A stretch of DNA of 64,000 nucleotides from Acidimicrobiales bacterium. GTDB taxonomy: Bacteria > Actinomycetota > Acidimicrobiia > Acidimicrobiales > JADJXE01. Shown here one piece after another: positions 26,265 to 35,319 of the stretch. Both the position numbers and the translations under genes were made by a program. Under the pieces are notes generated by a model. It did no database searches, was not told the DNA's origin, and saw nothing but the letters and a program-made list of their open reading frames with translations. Positions within the stretch are counted from its first letter, which is position 1. Each line of letters starts with the position of its first letter. The DNA is taken from positions 655,011 through 719,010 of the forward strand of contig JADJXE010000001.1 in assembly GCA_016716005.1 (NCBI GenBank), read 5' to 3'.

Positions 26265-26365
26265 GGCGGACGAGACCGTGCCGCCGTCGACGTGGCGCCG
26301 CGCACCGGCGCACCGGCCGGGCGCGCCCACCTGGGACCGCTCGCGCACGTCGTCCGAACCCCGTG

Positions 26366-27133
26366 TCAGGCGCCGCCGTCGAGCAGGCAGACCTGGTCGA
26401 GCGACATCCGGAAGAACTCCCCCTCGGCCCACCGGTCGGTGCCGAAGAACCAGCCGATCCGGCCGGCGGAGGGGACCGTCACCCCGCCGAAGGTGCGCTC
26501 CGCCAGCACCTCCATCCCGCACACCTCCACCCGGTGGGCGCCGCCACCGGGGTTGCCCCACCGGTCGAACCAGGAGCGTCGAACCCGGCCGGTGGCGTCG
26601 AGCTCCAGGTGCACGTCGACCGTGTCGGGGCCCATCGGCACCGAGGCCACCGCGTGGTCGGCGCCGTCGGCGCGCCACGTCACACCCCACGCCGGGTGCA
26701 GCGCCGTGGGCACGAGCAGGGCCTCGCCCGCCGCCCGGCCCCGGGCGCTGCGGGCCACGTCGGGCCCGCCCGCCCGGACCACGGGGACCAGGCCGGCGAC
26801 GGCCCAGTGCATCCGGCCCTCGGCGGCGTCGGCCGCGTCGAACCCCCGGATGCCCAGGGCGAGCGGGCCCAGCAGCAGCCCGGCGTCGGCCCGCCACACG
26901 AACCCCGAGCCCGGCACCAGCACCTCGGTCGCCCGAAACGGCACCCACGGCCCCAGCTTGATGGTGCCGTGCATCCGGAGTTCGGCCCCGCCGGCGAGAG
27001 GCGTCCCCGGCGCCAAGGCGTGGAGCAGGTAGCGCCGGGCCGGCTCGGGCAGGTCGGCAAGGCCGGTCGGCTCGAAGCTCCCCCTCGCGGCGACGGCGCG
27101 CAGTCGCGGTTCGAGCGCGTCGGGGTCGAGCAC
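26366..27133 (-). CDS. conserved hypothetical protein (DUF6544-like)
   Basis: Within ORF 26366..27463, with GTG at 27133. [22 protein letters not shown]...[27 protein letters not shown]. The family name is from memory. Confidence 0.65.
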   Translation of the reverse strand: MLDPDALEPRLRAVAARGSFEPTGLADLPEPARRYLLHALAPGTPLAGGAELRMHGTIKLGPWVPFRATEVLVPGSGFVWRADAGLLLGPLALGIRGFDAADAAEGRMHWAVAGLVPVVRAGGPDVARSARGRAAGEALLVPTALHPAWGVTWRADGADHAVASVPMGPDTVDVHLELDATGRVRRSWFDRWGNPGGGAHRVEVCGMEVLAERTFGGVTVPSAGRIGWFFGTDRWAEGEFFRMSLDQVCLLDGGA

Positions 27134-27245
27134 GACCGGGAAGGCTAGGGCGTGCGCCGCCTCGCCGTCCGCCGACGGACCGCTCCCTCGGCGGACGGCG
27201 AGGGAGGGCCGGCCGGTGGGGCCGCGTCGCGGGCAGGATGGGTGC

Positions 27246-27776
27246 GTGCTCGTCCGCCGTGAGCGCTCCGCCGACTGTGCCGCCATCGAGCAGGTGCACA
27301 CCGCCGCCTTCGCCCGGCCCGGCTCGGCCGAGGTGCCGGTGGAAGTGGCACTGGTGGACGACCTGCGGGCGAGCTCGGCGTGGATCCCGGCCCTCTCCCT
27401 CGTGGCCTGCCCGGCCGACGACCCCGGCACCGTCATCGGCCACGTCTGCTGCACCCGCGCCACCCTGGAGCCCGACGGCGTCCCGGTGCTCGGCCTCGGG
27501 CCGCTGGGCGTGCGGCCCGGCCACCAACGGCTCGGCGCGGGCAGCGCCCTGGTGCACGCCGTGCTGGGCGCGGCCGACGCCCTCGACGAGGCCCTGGTGG
27601 GCCTCCTGGGCGACCCCGGCTACTACGCCCGGTTCGGCTTCGAGCACTCGGCCCGGTGGGGCGTGGAGCCGCCGGAGCCGGCCTGGGCTCCACACTTCCA
27701 GGTGCGCCGGCTCACCCGCTGGACCCAGTCGCTCACCGGCACCTTCCGCTACGCCCCCGCCTTCGACAGCGTCTGA
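27246..27776 (+). CDS. GNAT-family N-acetyltransferase
   Basis: Within ORF 27216..27776, with GTG at 27246 ([18 protein letters not shown]). [20 protein letters not shown]...GYYARFGF. Confidence 0.8.
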   Translation: MLVRRERSADCAAIEQVHTAAFARPGSAEVPVEVALVDDLRASSAWIPALSLVACPADDPGTVIGHVCCTRATLEPDGVPVLGLGPLGVRPGHQRLGAGSALVHAVLGAADALDEALVGLLGDPGYYARFGFEHSARWGVEPPEPAWAPHFQVRRLTRWTQSLTGTFRYAPAFDSV

Positions 27777-27810
27777 TCCGCCGACGGCGCACGCGGCGCG
27801 ACGCCCTCCT

Positions 27811-27866
27811 CCGGGTTCTCCGGCCGGGATGGCCCGCTCTGGCACGTGCGGGACGCAGAACGCGGG
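27811..27866. repeat. possible degenerate REP-like element, copy 4
   Basis: CCGGGTTCTCCGG ... GGGACGCAGAACGCGGG. Only the right arm resembles the family consensus. Intergenic. Confidence 0.3.
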
Positions 27867-27900
27867 GGCGCCGCCTCGGGTGGCGGCGCTGCGGGGCAGT

Positions 27901-28713
27901 ATGCGCCCCATGAGCGGCTACGACGACCATCCCGACCTCACCTTCGACCGGCCGGCTGCCGGGGTGCTGCGCATCACGCTCGACGCTCCGGGGCTGAACG
28001 CCGTGAACCACGCCGTGCACCGCCAGCTGGCCGACGTGTGGCTCACCATCGACCGCGACCCCGAGACCAACGTCGCCGTGCTCCAGGGCGCGGGCAAGGC
28101 CTTCTCCGCGGGCGGGAGCTTCGAGCTGCTCGACTCGCTGATGTCCGACTACGCGGTGCGCACGCGGGTCATGCGCGAGGCCCGCGACCTGGTGTTCAAC
28201 GTGATCGGCTGTTCGAAGCCGATCGTGTCCGCCATCCACGGCCCGGCGGTGGGTGCCGGCCTCGTGGCCGGCATCCTGGCCGACGTGTCGGTGGTGGCCC
28301 GCACCGCCCGCATCATCGACGGCCACACCCGCCTGGGTGTGACGGCCGGCGACCACGCGGCCATCTGCTGGCCCCTGCTGTGCGGCATGGCCAAGGCCAA
28401 GTACTACCTGCTCACCTGCGACACCCTCACCGGCGAGGAGGCGGAGCGCATCGGGCTGGTGTCGCTGTGCGTCGACGACGACCAGGTGCACGCCCGCGCC
28501 CTGGAGATCGCGACGCAGCTCGCGGGCGGCGCCCAGTCGGCCATCCGCTGGACCAAGCAGACGCTGAACAACTGGTACCGGGCCCAGACCGCCGTCCTCG
28601 ACGCCAGCCTGGCCTACGAGTTCTACGGCTTCGGTGGCCCCGACGCGCGCGAGGGCCTTGCATCGCACACCGAGAAGCGCCCACCCCGGTTCACCGGCCC
28701 GACCGCGGAGTGA
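27901..28713 (+). CDS. enoyl-CoA hydratase/isomerase family protein
   Basis: Within ORF 27238..28713, with ATG at 27901. [13 protein letters not shown]...[17 protein letters not shown]... Confidence 0.85.
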   Translation: MRPMSGYDDHPDLTFDRPAAGVLRITLDAPGLNAVNHAVHRQLADVWLTIDRDPETNVAVLQGAGKAFSAGGSFELLDSLMSDYAVRTRVMREARDLVFNVIGCSKPIVSAIHGPAVGAGLVAGILADVSVVARTARIIDGHTRLGVTAGDHAAICWPLLCGMAKAKYYLLTCDTLTGEEAERIGLVSLCVDDDQVHARALEIATQLAGGAQSAIRWTKQTLNNWYRAQTAVLDASLAYEFYGFGGPDAREGLASHTEKRPPRFTGPTAE

Positions 28714-28744
28714 CCGGGCGGGGGGAGGCGGGCGGCGGGCGGCC

Positions 28745-29122
28745 CTAGGAGCCGCCCGCGGCCTCGTCGCCCTCGGCGCCGACGATCTCGAGATCGTGCA
28801 CCCGCAGGTGCTCGATCTCCACCGTGCCCAGCCGCAGCTCGCGGATCACCGCCTTGCGCACGAAGAGCCGGCCGATGGCCACCACACCGATCGCCGTGGC
28901 CCCGACCGCGAGCGCGCCCACCGCCAGCGCCCCCCACGACGACGCGCCCGTGCCCGAGCTCCCCGTGAGGCCCAGGCCGACCGCGTGCGCACCCCTGGCC
29001 TCGACCAGCTCGACGCGGCCGGCGTGGCGGGCCACGGTCCGCACGGCCCGGGCGGCGCTCGCCCGCGCCCGGCGGCGGTGGCGGCGGGTCGGGAGATGGT
29101 GGTGAGTCGCAGCGTCGGGCAC
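28745..29122 (-). CDS. small Gly/Ala-rich membrane protein with a charged C-terminal tail
   Basis: ORF 28745..29122. WGALAVGALAVGATAIGVVAIGRLFVRKAVIRELRLGTVEIEHLRVHDLEIV. The start is uncertain. Confidence 0.55.
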   Translation of the reverse strand: MPDAATHHHLPTRRHRRRARASAARAVRTVARHAGRVELVEARGAHAVGLGLTGSSGTGASSWGALAVGALAVGATAIGVVAIGRLFVRKAVIRELRLGTVEIEHLRVHDLEIVGAEGDEAAGGS

Positions 29123-29169
29123 GGCGCCACGTTAGGACCCCGCCCCGCCGACTGCTGGCCCCGAGCCGC

Positions 29170-29319
29170 CGCCGGCACCACACCGGCCCCACGGACCCCA
29201 GCCCCGGCGCTTCAGGTCTTCGAGAGGGCCACCGACTCGTGGCGCCACACGAAGGCCGCCAGCGACCCGTGCTCGGCGACCAGATCGCACGCGCGGCCGG
29301 CGTTGGAGACGGTCGCCTC
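29170..29319 (-). pseudogene. tag: remnant of DNA-3-methyladenine glycosylase I (tag): truncated, with an internal deletion and frameshifts
   Basis: The tail of ORF 29212..29901 reads EATVSNAGRACDLVAEHGSLAAFVWRHESVALSKT then a stop. The next frames read LKRRGW and SVGPV. Compare E. coli Tag: IGNARAYL...FADFVWSF...DALSKALKKRGFKFVG. The N-terminal ~110 aa and the C-terminal Zn site are missing. Confidence 0.5.
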
Positions 29320-29351
29320 GCCCGGCACCGGGGACGCCGGGTTCGGGGCCC

Positions 29352-29690
29352 CTACCCGGCCCCCTCCACCGGGACCTGCCGGCCGCTGTTGTCGTCGATG
29401 AGCACCCGGTCTCCCAGCGGCCGGCTCAGGCGCACGGTGACCTCGCCCGTGCAGTCGCGCTCTGGGTCGCCCCGCACCAGCACCCCCACCCGCACCTGGC
29501 CCGGCCCCTCGATGACCCGGGTGTCGACGTCGCGGGCGTCGCACAGCCCGACGGTGAGCACCAGCGTGCTGCCCCCCGGGCCGGCCACGGCCCGCTCGAT
29601 GGGCGCGGCCTCCACACCACCGCACCCGGCGAGCAGGGCCAGCGCGGTCAGGGTGCCGGCCAGGGCGACGGTCCTTCCCACGTCCCCCAT
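29352..29690 (-). CDS. small lipoprotein
   Basis: ORF 29352..29690, with lipobox LALLAGCGG. Confidence 0.7.
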   Translation of the reverse strand: MGDVGRTVALAGTLTALALLAGCGGVEAAPIERAVAGPGGSTLVLTVGLCDARDVDTRVIEGPGQVRVGVLVRGDPERDCTGEVTVRLSRPLGDRVLIDDNSGRQVPVEGAG

Positions 29691-29743
29691 CGTGCCCGAG
29701 GTGCCCGGCGCGCCGGGCCGCGCCGACCTGCCAGGATGGCCGG

Positions 29744-32599
29744 GTGGCGGCCGAGCAGGGCCACGGGCGCACCGGGCGAGCGGGCCCCCCGGAGTGGTAC
29801 CGGTGCACCGCCGCCGACGCCCTCGCCCGCCTCGGCACCGACCCCGCCACCGGCCTCGGCGCCGACGAGGCGGCCCGCCGCCTGGCCGAGCACGGCCCCA
29901 ACGAGCTGGAGGAGCGGGGCGGCCGCAGCCGCGGGCGGATCCTGCTCGCCCAGCTGACGGGCGTGCTGAGCTTCGTCCTCTACGGCGCCGTGGGGCTGTC
30001 GCTGGCCCTCGGGGAGTGGCTCGACGCGGCGGTGATCCTGCTCATCGTGGTGCTCAACGCCCTGCTCGGCTACACCCAGGAAGCCCGCGCCGAGGAATCG
30101 ATGTCGGCGCTCCGGCGCCTGGCGGTGCCGACGGTCCGGGTCCGTCGCGACGGTGCCCTGCAGGAGCGGTCGGCCGTCGACCTGGTCCCCGGCGACCTGG
30201 TGCTGTTGGAGACGGGCAACGTGGTGCCGGCCGACGGCCGCCTGGTCCTGGCCGAGAGCCTCCGCGTCCAGGAGGCCGCCCTCACCGGCGAGTCGGAGGC
30301 CGTCGAGAAGGACGCCGGCCTGGTGTTCGAGACCGAGCGGGCCCTCGCCGACCGCAGGAACCTGGTCTTCTCCGGCACCCTCGTCACCTACGGCCGCGGC
30401 GAGCTGGTGGTGACCGCCACGGGCATGGGCACCGAGCTGGGCCGGATCGCCGACCTGCTCCAGACCGTGGACGACGAGCTGACGCCGCTCCAGCGGCGCC
30501 TCGACCGCCTCGGGCGCGTGCTGGCGCTGGGCGCCATCGCCGTGGTGGTCGTGGTGTTCCTCGCCGGCATGGCCCGCGGCGAGGACCTCGAGGAGAACCT
30601 GCTCACCGCCGTGAGCCTGGCCGTGGCCGCCATCCCCGAGGCCATGACGGCGGTGGTGACGATCGCCCTCTCGCTCGGTGCGAAGCGCATGCTCGAGCGC
30701 CGGGCCCTGATCAGGCGCCTGCTGGCCGTGGAGACGCTCGGGTCGGTGAGCCTGATCTGCTCGGACAAGACCGGCACCCTCACCCAGAACCGCATGACCG
30801 TCACGGTCGTCGACGTGGCCGACCACCGGATCGACCTGCTCCCCGGCCCGGGCGGACCGGGGTACGGGGTCGACCTCACTCTGGCGCCCGGGGCGGCGGC
30901 CGAGCTGCGGCTGCACCGCACCCTCGCCCTGCTCCTGGCCGGCGGCGCCCTGTGCAACGACGCAACCCTGGTGCCCCGCGCCAGCGGCGGGACCTGGCGC
31001 GCCGTGGGCGACCCCACCGAGGCCGCCCTGGTGCTGGCGGCGGCCGAGGCCGGGCTGGTCGAGGGCGACCTCGACCGCGCCCTCCCCCGGGTGGCCGAGG
31101 CGCCCTTCGACTCGGACCGCAAGCGCATGACGACCGTGCACGACGTGCCCGAGTCGGCCGACGCGCTGCCGGCGACGCTGGCCCGGTACTGGCGGGAGGA
31201 GCTCATCGGCGACGGCGGGCCGGAGTACGTGGCCGTCACCAAGGGCGCGGTCGAGGGCCTCCTCGACGTGTCCGACCGGGTCTGGGCGCACGAGCGGGCC
31301 GAGCCCCTCGACGCCGCCTGGCGAGGTCGGATCACGGCTGCCCACGACGCGCTGGCGGCACGGGGCATGCGCGTGCTCGGCGTGTGCGTGCGCGCGCTCG
31401 ACCGCGTCCCGCCACACCCCACCCCCGCCGAGCTCGAGCAGCACCTGACCTACGTGGGCATGTTCGGCCTCGTCGACCCACCCCGCCCCGAGGTCCGCGA
31501 CGCCGTCCTCACCTGCCGGTCGGCCGGCATCCGACCGGTGATGATCACCGGCGACCACCCGCTCACCGCCAGGCACATCGCCGCCCAGGTGGGCATCGCC
31601 GACGACGAGCGCTTCCTCACCGGCGTCGACCTCGACGCGCTGGACGACGAGGGGCTGCGTTCGGCGGCCGAGGAGGTGTCGGTGTTCGCCCGGGTGTCCC
31701 CGGAGCACAAGCTGCGCCTGGTGGCCGCCTACCAGGCCGACGGCCGGGTGGTGGCCATGACCGGCGACGGCGTGAACGACGCGCCGGCCCTGACCAAGGC
31801 CGACATCGGGGTGGCCATGGGCATCACCGGCACCGACGTGTCCAAGGGCGCGGCCGACATGGTGCTCCTCGACGACGACTTCGCCACCATCGTGGCGGCG
31901 GTCGAGGAGGGGCGCGTCGTCTACGACAACATCCGCAAGTTCATCGCCTACCTCCTCAGCTGCAACTCGAGCGAGGTGGCGGTGATGCTGCTCGCCCCCT
32001 TCCTCGGCATGCCCCTCCCCCTGCTCGCGCTGCAGATCCTGTGGATGAACCTGGTCACCGACGGCCTGCCCGCGCTGGCGCTGTCGGTGGAGCCGGCCGG
32101 CTCGACGGTGATGCGGCGGCCACCCACCCGCCCCTCCGAAGGCGTGTTCGCCCGCGGCATGGGTGCCTTCGTGGTCGGGATGGGCCTGGTGCTCTCGGTG
32201 CTGGCCATCGGCGTCGGCTACGAGCTGTGGCGGCTGGACGACCCGGCCTGGCGCACCGCCCTGCTGACCACCCTCGTCTTCTGCCAGCTGGCGCTGGCCC
32301 TCGAGGTGCGCACCGAGCGGCGGTCGCTGCGCCAGGTGGGGCTGGGCTCGAACCGGGCGATGCTGGGCGCCGTCGCCCTCAGCGTGCTGCTCCAGCTGGG
32401 CGTCGTCTACCTGCCTCCCCTCCAGCACCTGTTCGACACCCAGGCCCTCGGCGCCCGCGACCTGATGGTCGCCGCCGGGGCGGCGCTGGTGGTCGTGGCC
32501 GTGGCCGAGGCGGCCAAGGCGCTCCGCCGCCGAGCGGGTGCGCCCTCCCCGCCGTCGACGACCACGGAGAGTGAAGTACGCGCCTCGAGCGGCCGATAG
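29744..32599 (+). CDS. cation-transporting P-type ATPase (Ca2+/Mg2+-type, P2-like)
   Basis: ORF 29744..32599. TGESEAVEK, CSDKTGTLTQN, MITGDHPLTA, MTGDGVNDAPAL. Confidence 0.95.
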   Translation: MAAEQGHGRTGRAGPPEWYRCTAADALARLGTDPATGLGADEAARRLAEHGPNELEERGGRSRGRILLAQLTGVLSFVLYGAVGLSLALGEWLDAAVILLIVVLNALLGYTQEARAEESMSALRRLAVPTVRVRRDGALQERSAVDLVPGDLVLLETGNVVPADGRLVLAESLRVQEAALTGESEAVEKDAGLVFETERALADRRNLVFSGTLVTYGRGELVVTATGMGTELGRIADLLQTVDDELTPLQRRLDRLGRVLALGAIAVVVVVFLAGMARGEDLEENLLTAVSLAVAAIPEAMTAVVTIALSLGAKRMLERRALIRRLLAVETLGSVSLICSDKTGTLTQNRMTVTVVDVADHRIDLLPGPGGPGYGVDLTLAPGAAAELRLHRTLALLLAGGALCNDATLVPRASGGTWRAVGDPTEAALVLAAAEAGLVEGDLDRALPRVAEAPFDSDRKRMTTVHDVPESADALPATLARYWREELIGDGGPEYVAVTKGAVEGLLDVSDRVWAHERAEPLDAAWRGRITAAHDALAARGMRVLGVCVRALDRVPPHPTPAELEQHLTYVGMFGLVDPPRPEVRDAVLTCRSAGIRPVMITGDHPLTARHIAAQVGIADDERFLTGVDLDALDDEGLRSAAEEVSVFARVSPEHKLRLVAAYQADGRVVAMTGDGVNDAPALTKADIGVAMGITGTDVSKGAADMVLLDDDFATIVAAVEEGRVVYDNIRKFIAYLLSCNSSEVAVMLLAPFLGMPLPLLALQILWMNLVTDGLPALALSVEPAGSTVMRRPPTRPSEGVFARGMGAFVVGMGLVLSVLAIGVGYELWRLDDPAWRTALLTTLVFCQLALALEVRTERRSLRQVGLGSNRAMLGAVALSVLLQLGVVYLPPLQHLFDTQALGARDLMVAAGAALVVVAVAEAAKALRRRAGAPSPPSTTTESEVRASSGR

Positions 32600-32601
32600 G
32601 T

Positions 32602-33714
32602 GTGGTCATGCACCGACGGGTCGCCACCGGCTCCCGCGCCCTGGGCGTGGTGATGGCGGCCACCATCGTGCTGACCGTCGGTGCGGTCGCGGGTCGGGGC
32701 TCGGGCCCTGCCCTGTTCGCGGGGCCCCTGGGCCCGGCCGGGGCCCAGCGGGTGCTCGCCGCCGCTCCCGGTCGGCAGGAGTCGGCCGCTCCGGACGCTC
32801 CCACCGCGACCCCCACCACGATGACGATCGGCCCGGCCGTCGCGGCCCCGCCCCCGATGGCGCCCACCACCGAGCCGACCCCGCCCGAGGCTGACGACGG
32901 CGCCCCCGCGGCGGCGCCCGCCACCCCAGCGGCGCCCCGCGCCACCCCGGTGCCCACCACGGCTGCTCCCCCAGCGGGCACTGGCCAGCCCGCCAGCACC
33001 GCCCCGGCCCGGCCCGGCGGGCCGGTGACCGGCGCGACCGCACCCCCCACCACCGCGTCGACCACCACCGCGCTGCCGCCCAACCCGACCACGACCGCGA
33101 CCACGACCACGGTGCCGCCCACCACGACCGCGACCACGACCACGGTGCCGCCCACGACCGCACCGGCCACCCCACCGGCCGGGGGCACCCCCATCGCCGG
33201 CCCGTCCGCGCTCGGCGCCGACGGCTGGCAGGCGGCGGCCGCGTGGGCCCAGGGCAAGGGCGCGGCCCAGGTGTTCGTCGACCTGGCCCGCCTCTACTGG
33301 ACGTGGGCCCCGCAGGCCGGCATCCGCCCCGAGGTGGCCTACGCCCAGGCGGCCCTGGAGACCGGTTGGGGCCGCTTCGGGGGCGCCATCACCGCGGCGT
33401 GGCGCAACCCGGCCGGCATCAAGACGGCCGGGGCCACCGGCGACGCGCCCGACGACCACCAGCGCTTCCCCACGTGGGACGCCGGCGTGCGGGCCCACGT
33501 GAACCACCTCAGCGCCTACGCCGGCGCCCCCACCCACGTGGTCGTCGTCGACCCGGCCACCGAGCCCCACCCCCGCTACGCCGTGGTGGCCTCGGCCCCG
33601 TGGGCGGGCACGGTGAAGACCGTCGAGCAGCTGGGCGGGCGGTGGGCCCCTTCGGCCGGCTACGGCCAGCGCGTGGCCCAGCTCACCGCCGACCTGGTCG
33701 CCTCCGGCAGCTGA
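32602..33714 (+). CDS. secreted glucosaminidase-domain cell-wall hydrolase with a Pro/Thr-rich linker
   Basis: ORF 32602..33714 (alternative ATG at 32608). The C-terminal domain contains AQAALETGWGRFGG...NPAGIK. Confidence 0.75.
   Translation: MVMHRRVATGSRALGVVMAATIVLTVGAVAGRGSGPALFAGPLGPAGAQRVLAAAPGRQESAAPDAPTATPTTMTIGPAVAAPPPMAPTTEPTPPEADDGAPAAAPATPAAPRATPVPTTAAPPAGTGQPASTAPARPGGPVTGATAPPTTASTTTALPPNPTTTATTTTVPPTTTATTTTVPPTTAPATPPAGGTPIAGPSALGADGWQAAAAWAQGKGAAQVFVDLARLYWTWAPQAGIRPEVAYAQAALETGWGRFGGAITAAWRNPAGIKTAGATGDAPDDHQRFPTWDAGVRAHVNHLSAYAGAPTHVVVVDPATEPHPRYAVVASAPWAGTVKTVEQLGGRWAPSAGYGQRVAQLTADLVASGS
33088..33153. repeat. perfect 2 x 33-bp in-frame tandem repeat (TTTATTTTVPP x2)
   Basis: ACCACGACCGCGACCACGACCACGGTGCCGCCC occurs at 33088-33120 and again at 33121-33153. 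Confidence 0.95.
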
Positions 33715-33738
33715 ACGCGCCCCGACCGCCGGCCCGCG

Positions 33739-33791
33739 CCGTTCTGTGTGGACGAATCCTCATGCCATCGGGATTCGTCCACACAGAACCG
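33739..33791. repeat. REP-like palindromic element, copy 5 (variant core); possible bidirectional terminator
   Basis: GTTCTGTGTGGACGAATCC (33741-33759), an 11-nt loop, then GGATTCGTCCACACAGAAC (33771-33789). The stem is a perfect 19 bp. Same CCGTTCTGTG / CACAGAAC termini as the other copies. Lies between convergent genes. Confidence 0.85.
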
Positions 33792-33828
33792 CTCGGACAG
33801 CGAGGCTGGTCGAACGGCGGGCCGCGGA

Positions 33829-35127
33829 TCAGTACTGGTAGTCGCCGGCCAGGTCGCGCCGGCCCTCCAGGCTGGCGAGGGCGGCGTGGTTGAGGATGTT
33901 GCGAGCCATGGACGACTCCTGCTCGGCCGAACGGGCGGCGTAGATCTCGGCCCGGGCCGCGTGCACGTCGGACGAGTCCGGCTCGGCCAGCACCGCGAAC
34001 TCGGCCAGGTGGCAGGCCATGCGCAGGTCGCCGGCCTCCGCCAGGGAGCGGGCCCGGGCCAGCACCGCGTCGACGCCGCCGGCGAGCGCCACCCACTCGC
34101 GGGCCTGCTGGACGCGGGGAGCGGGGAGCAGGTTGTCGGGCTCGCCGTCGTACCAGCCGCCGTAGCGCCGCCACACGTTGCGGACGATGAACTGCGGGTG
34201 GTCGTACACCGGGCGGAGGTACGGCTGGTCGCGCAGGTGGGCCGGCACCTCCACCTCGTGGATCACCCGGTCGAGCGGACAGCCGCGGTTCATCAGCTCG
34301 AGCGCCTGGGCCTCCAGCACCTCGAGCAGCTCGGCGGTGTCGGTGAGGGCCGCCCGGATCCGGTCCTCCCCGAAGATGGGCAGGCCGTGCCCCGAGAGCA
34401 TCAGCTCCGCCCCGAGCCCGGCCATCCGCCGCAGCGCGGCCGCCCAGTCGCTCACGTACCGCTGCACCTTCTGGGGGTTGCCGGCGTTGGGCACCGCCCA
34501 GATGAACAGGTCGCCGGGGTGCAGGATGCGCCGCTCGGGCACCCAGGTCCACGTGGCGTCGTCGGTCTCGCCCCGCCCGTGGTGCAGCTCGAACGTGAGG
34601 TCGCCCTGGCGGAACGTGAGGTGCTCGTCGTAGGTGACGTCGGGGTAGCGGTAGTCGTCGGGCCACGTGAAGTCGGGCATGGGTATGGCGAACTGGCGCT
34701 TGTTGATCGCCGCGTTCCAGCCGAGCGTGCGCTCGTAGCGGCGGAAGTGGTCGGGCACGTCGGCGTGGGCGTACACGGTCGGTTGGGTCCACCCGTGGTC
34801 GCGGGCCTCGGCCTCGAACGGCCTCGTGCCGAAGACGTGGTCGACGTGGTGATGCGAGTACACGGCCGCGGCCAGGCGATCGTGGGGCCGCCACGTCCGG
34901 ACGTGCTCGTGCAGCGTCGGCGCGTCGTACCAGGCGCCGGTGTCGAGCATCACCAGGCCGTCACCGGTGTCGAGGGTGTTGGCGCTGGCCGTGCTCTTGA
35001 AGGTGAGCACGCCGTCGGCGATCTCCTCGCCGAACCGGTGCGTGGGCTGCACGGGGTGCTCGGCGTGCACCAGGTCGGCATCGCCCTGCCACCAGCGCTC
35101 GGCCGCGTCGCGGATGCTCTCGGGCAC
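33829..35127 (-). CDS. MBL-fold alkyl/aryl-sulfatase-like hydrolase (no SCP2 tail)
   Basis: C-terminal 432 aa of ORF 33829..36633, with GTG at 35127. YSHHHVDHVFG, HHGRGETDDATW and an alkyl-sulfatase dimerisation-like region. Confidence 0.8.
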   Translation of the reverse strand: MPESIRDAAERWWQGDADLVHAEHPVQPTHRFGEEIADGVLTFKSTASANTLDTGDGLVMLDTGAWYDAPTLHEHVRTWRPHDRLAAAVYSHHHVDHVFGTRPFEAEARDHGWTQPTVYAHADVPDHFRRYERTLGWNAAINKRQFAIPMPDFTWPDDYRYPDVTYDEHLTFRQGDLTFELHHGRGETDDATWTWVPERRILHPGDLFIWAVPNAGNPQKVQRYVSDWAAALRRMAGLGAELMLSGHGLPIFGEDRIRAALTDTAELLEVLEAQALELMNRGCPLDRVIHEVEVPAHLRDQPYLRPVYDHPQFIVRNVWRRYGGWYDGEPDNLLPAPRVQQAREWVALAGGVDAVLARARSLAEAGDLRMACHLAEFAVLAEPDSSDVHAARAEIYAARSAEQESSMARNILNHAALASLEGRRDLAGDYQY

Positions 35128-35319
35128 TCGTCCCCCTCGATGTCGACCCCCGGGGCGGGGGCGTGGGCCGACGGTAGTCCCCGCTCGCCGGGCCCGTGCT
35201 GCGAGACTCCCCCCGATGACCGGTGCCCGCGTCACGCTCGTGGAGGTCGCACCGGTGCGCGCCCGTCGCGCCGCCCTCCCCTCCGACGATGCCGCCCCGC
35301 TCGCCCGGGCGTCGGCGCC

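Noticed and set aside
24089-26305. Upstream 739 codons of the 1751-aa ORF 21050..26305
   Set aside because: This part is out of frame with, and fully overlaps, the clearly real LivH-LivM permease (24085..26160). It is Arg/Gly/Pro-rich. The fusion protein is taken to start at GTG 24088, which overlaps the permease stop.
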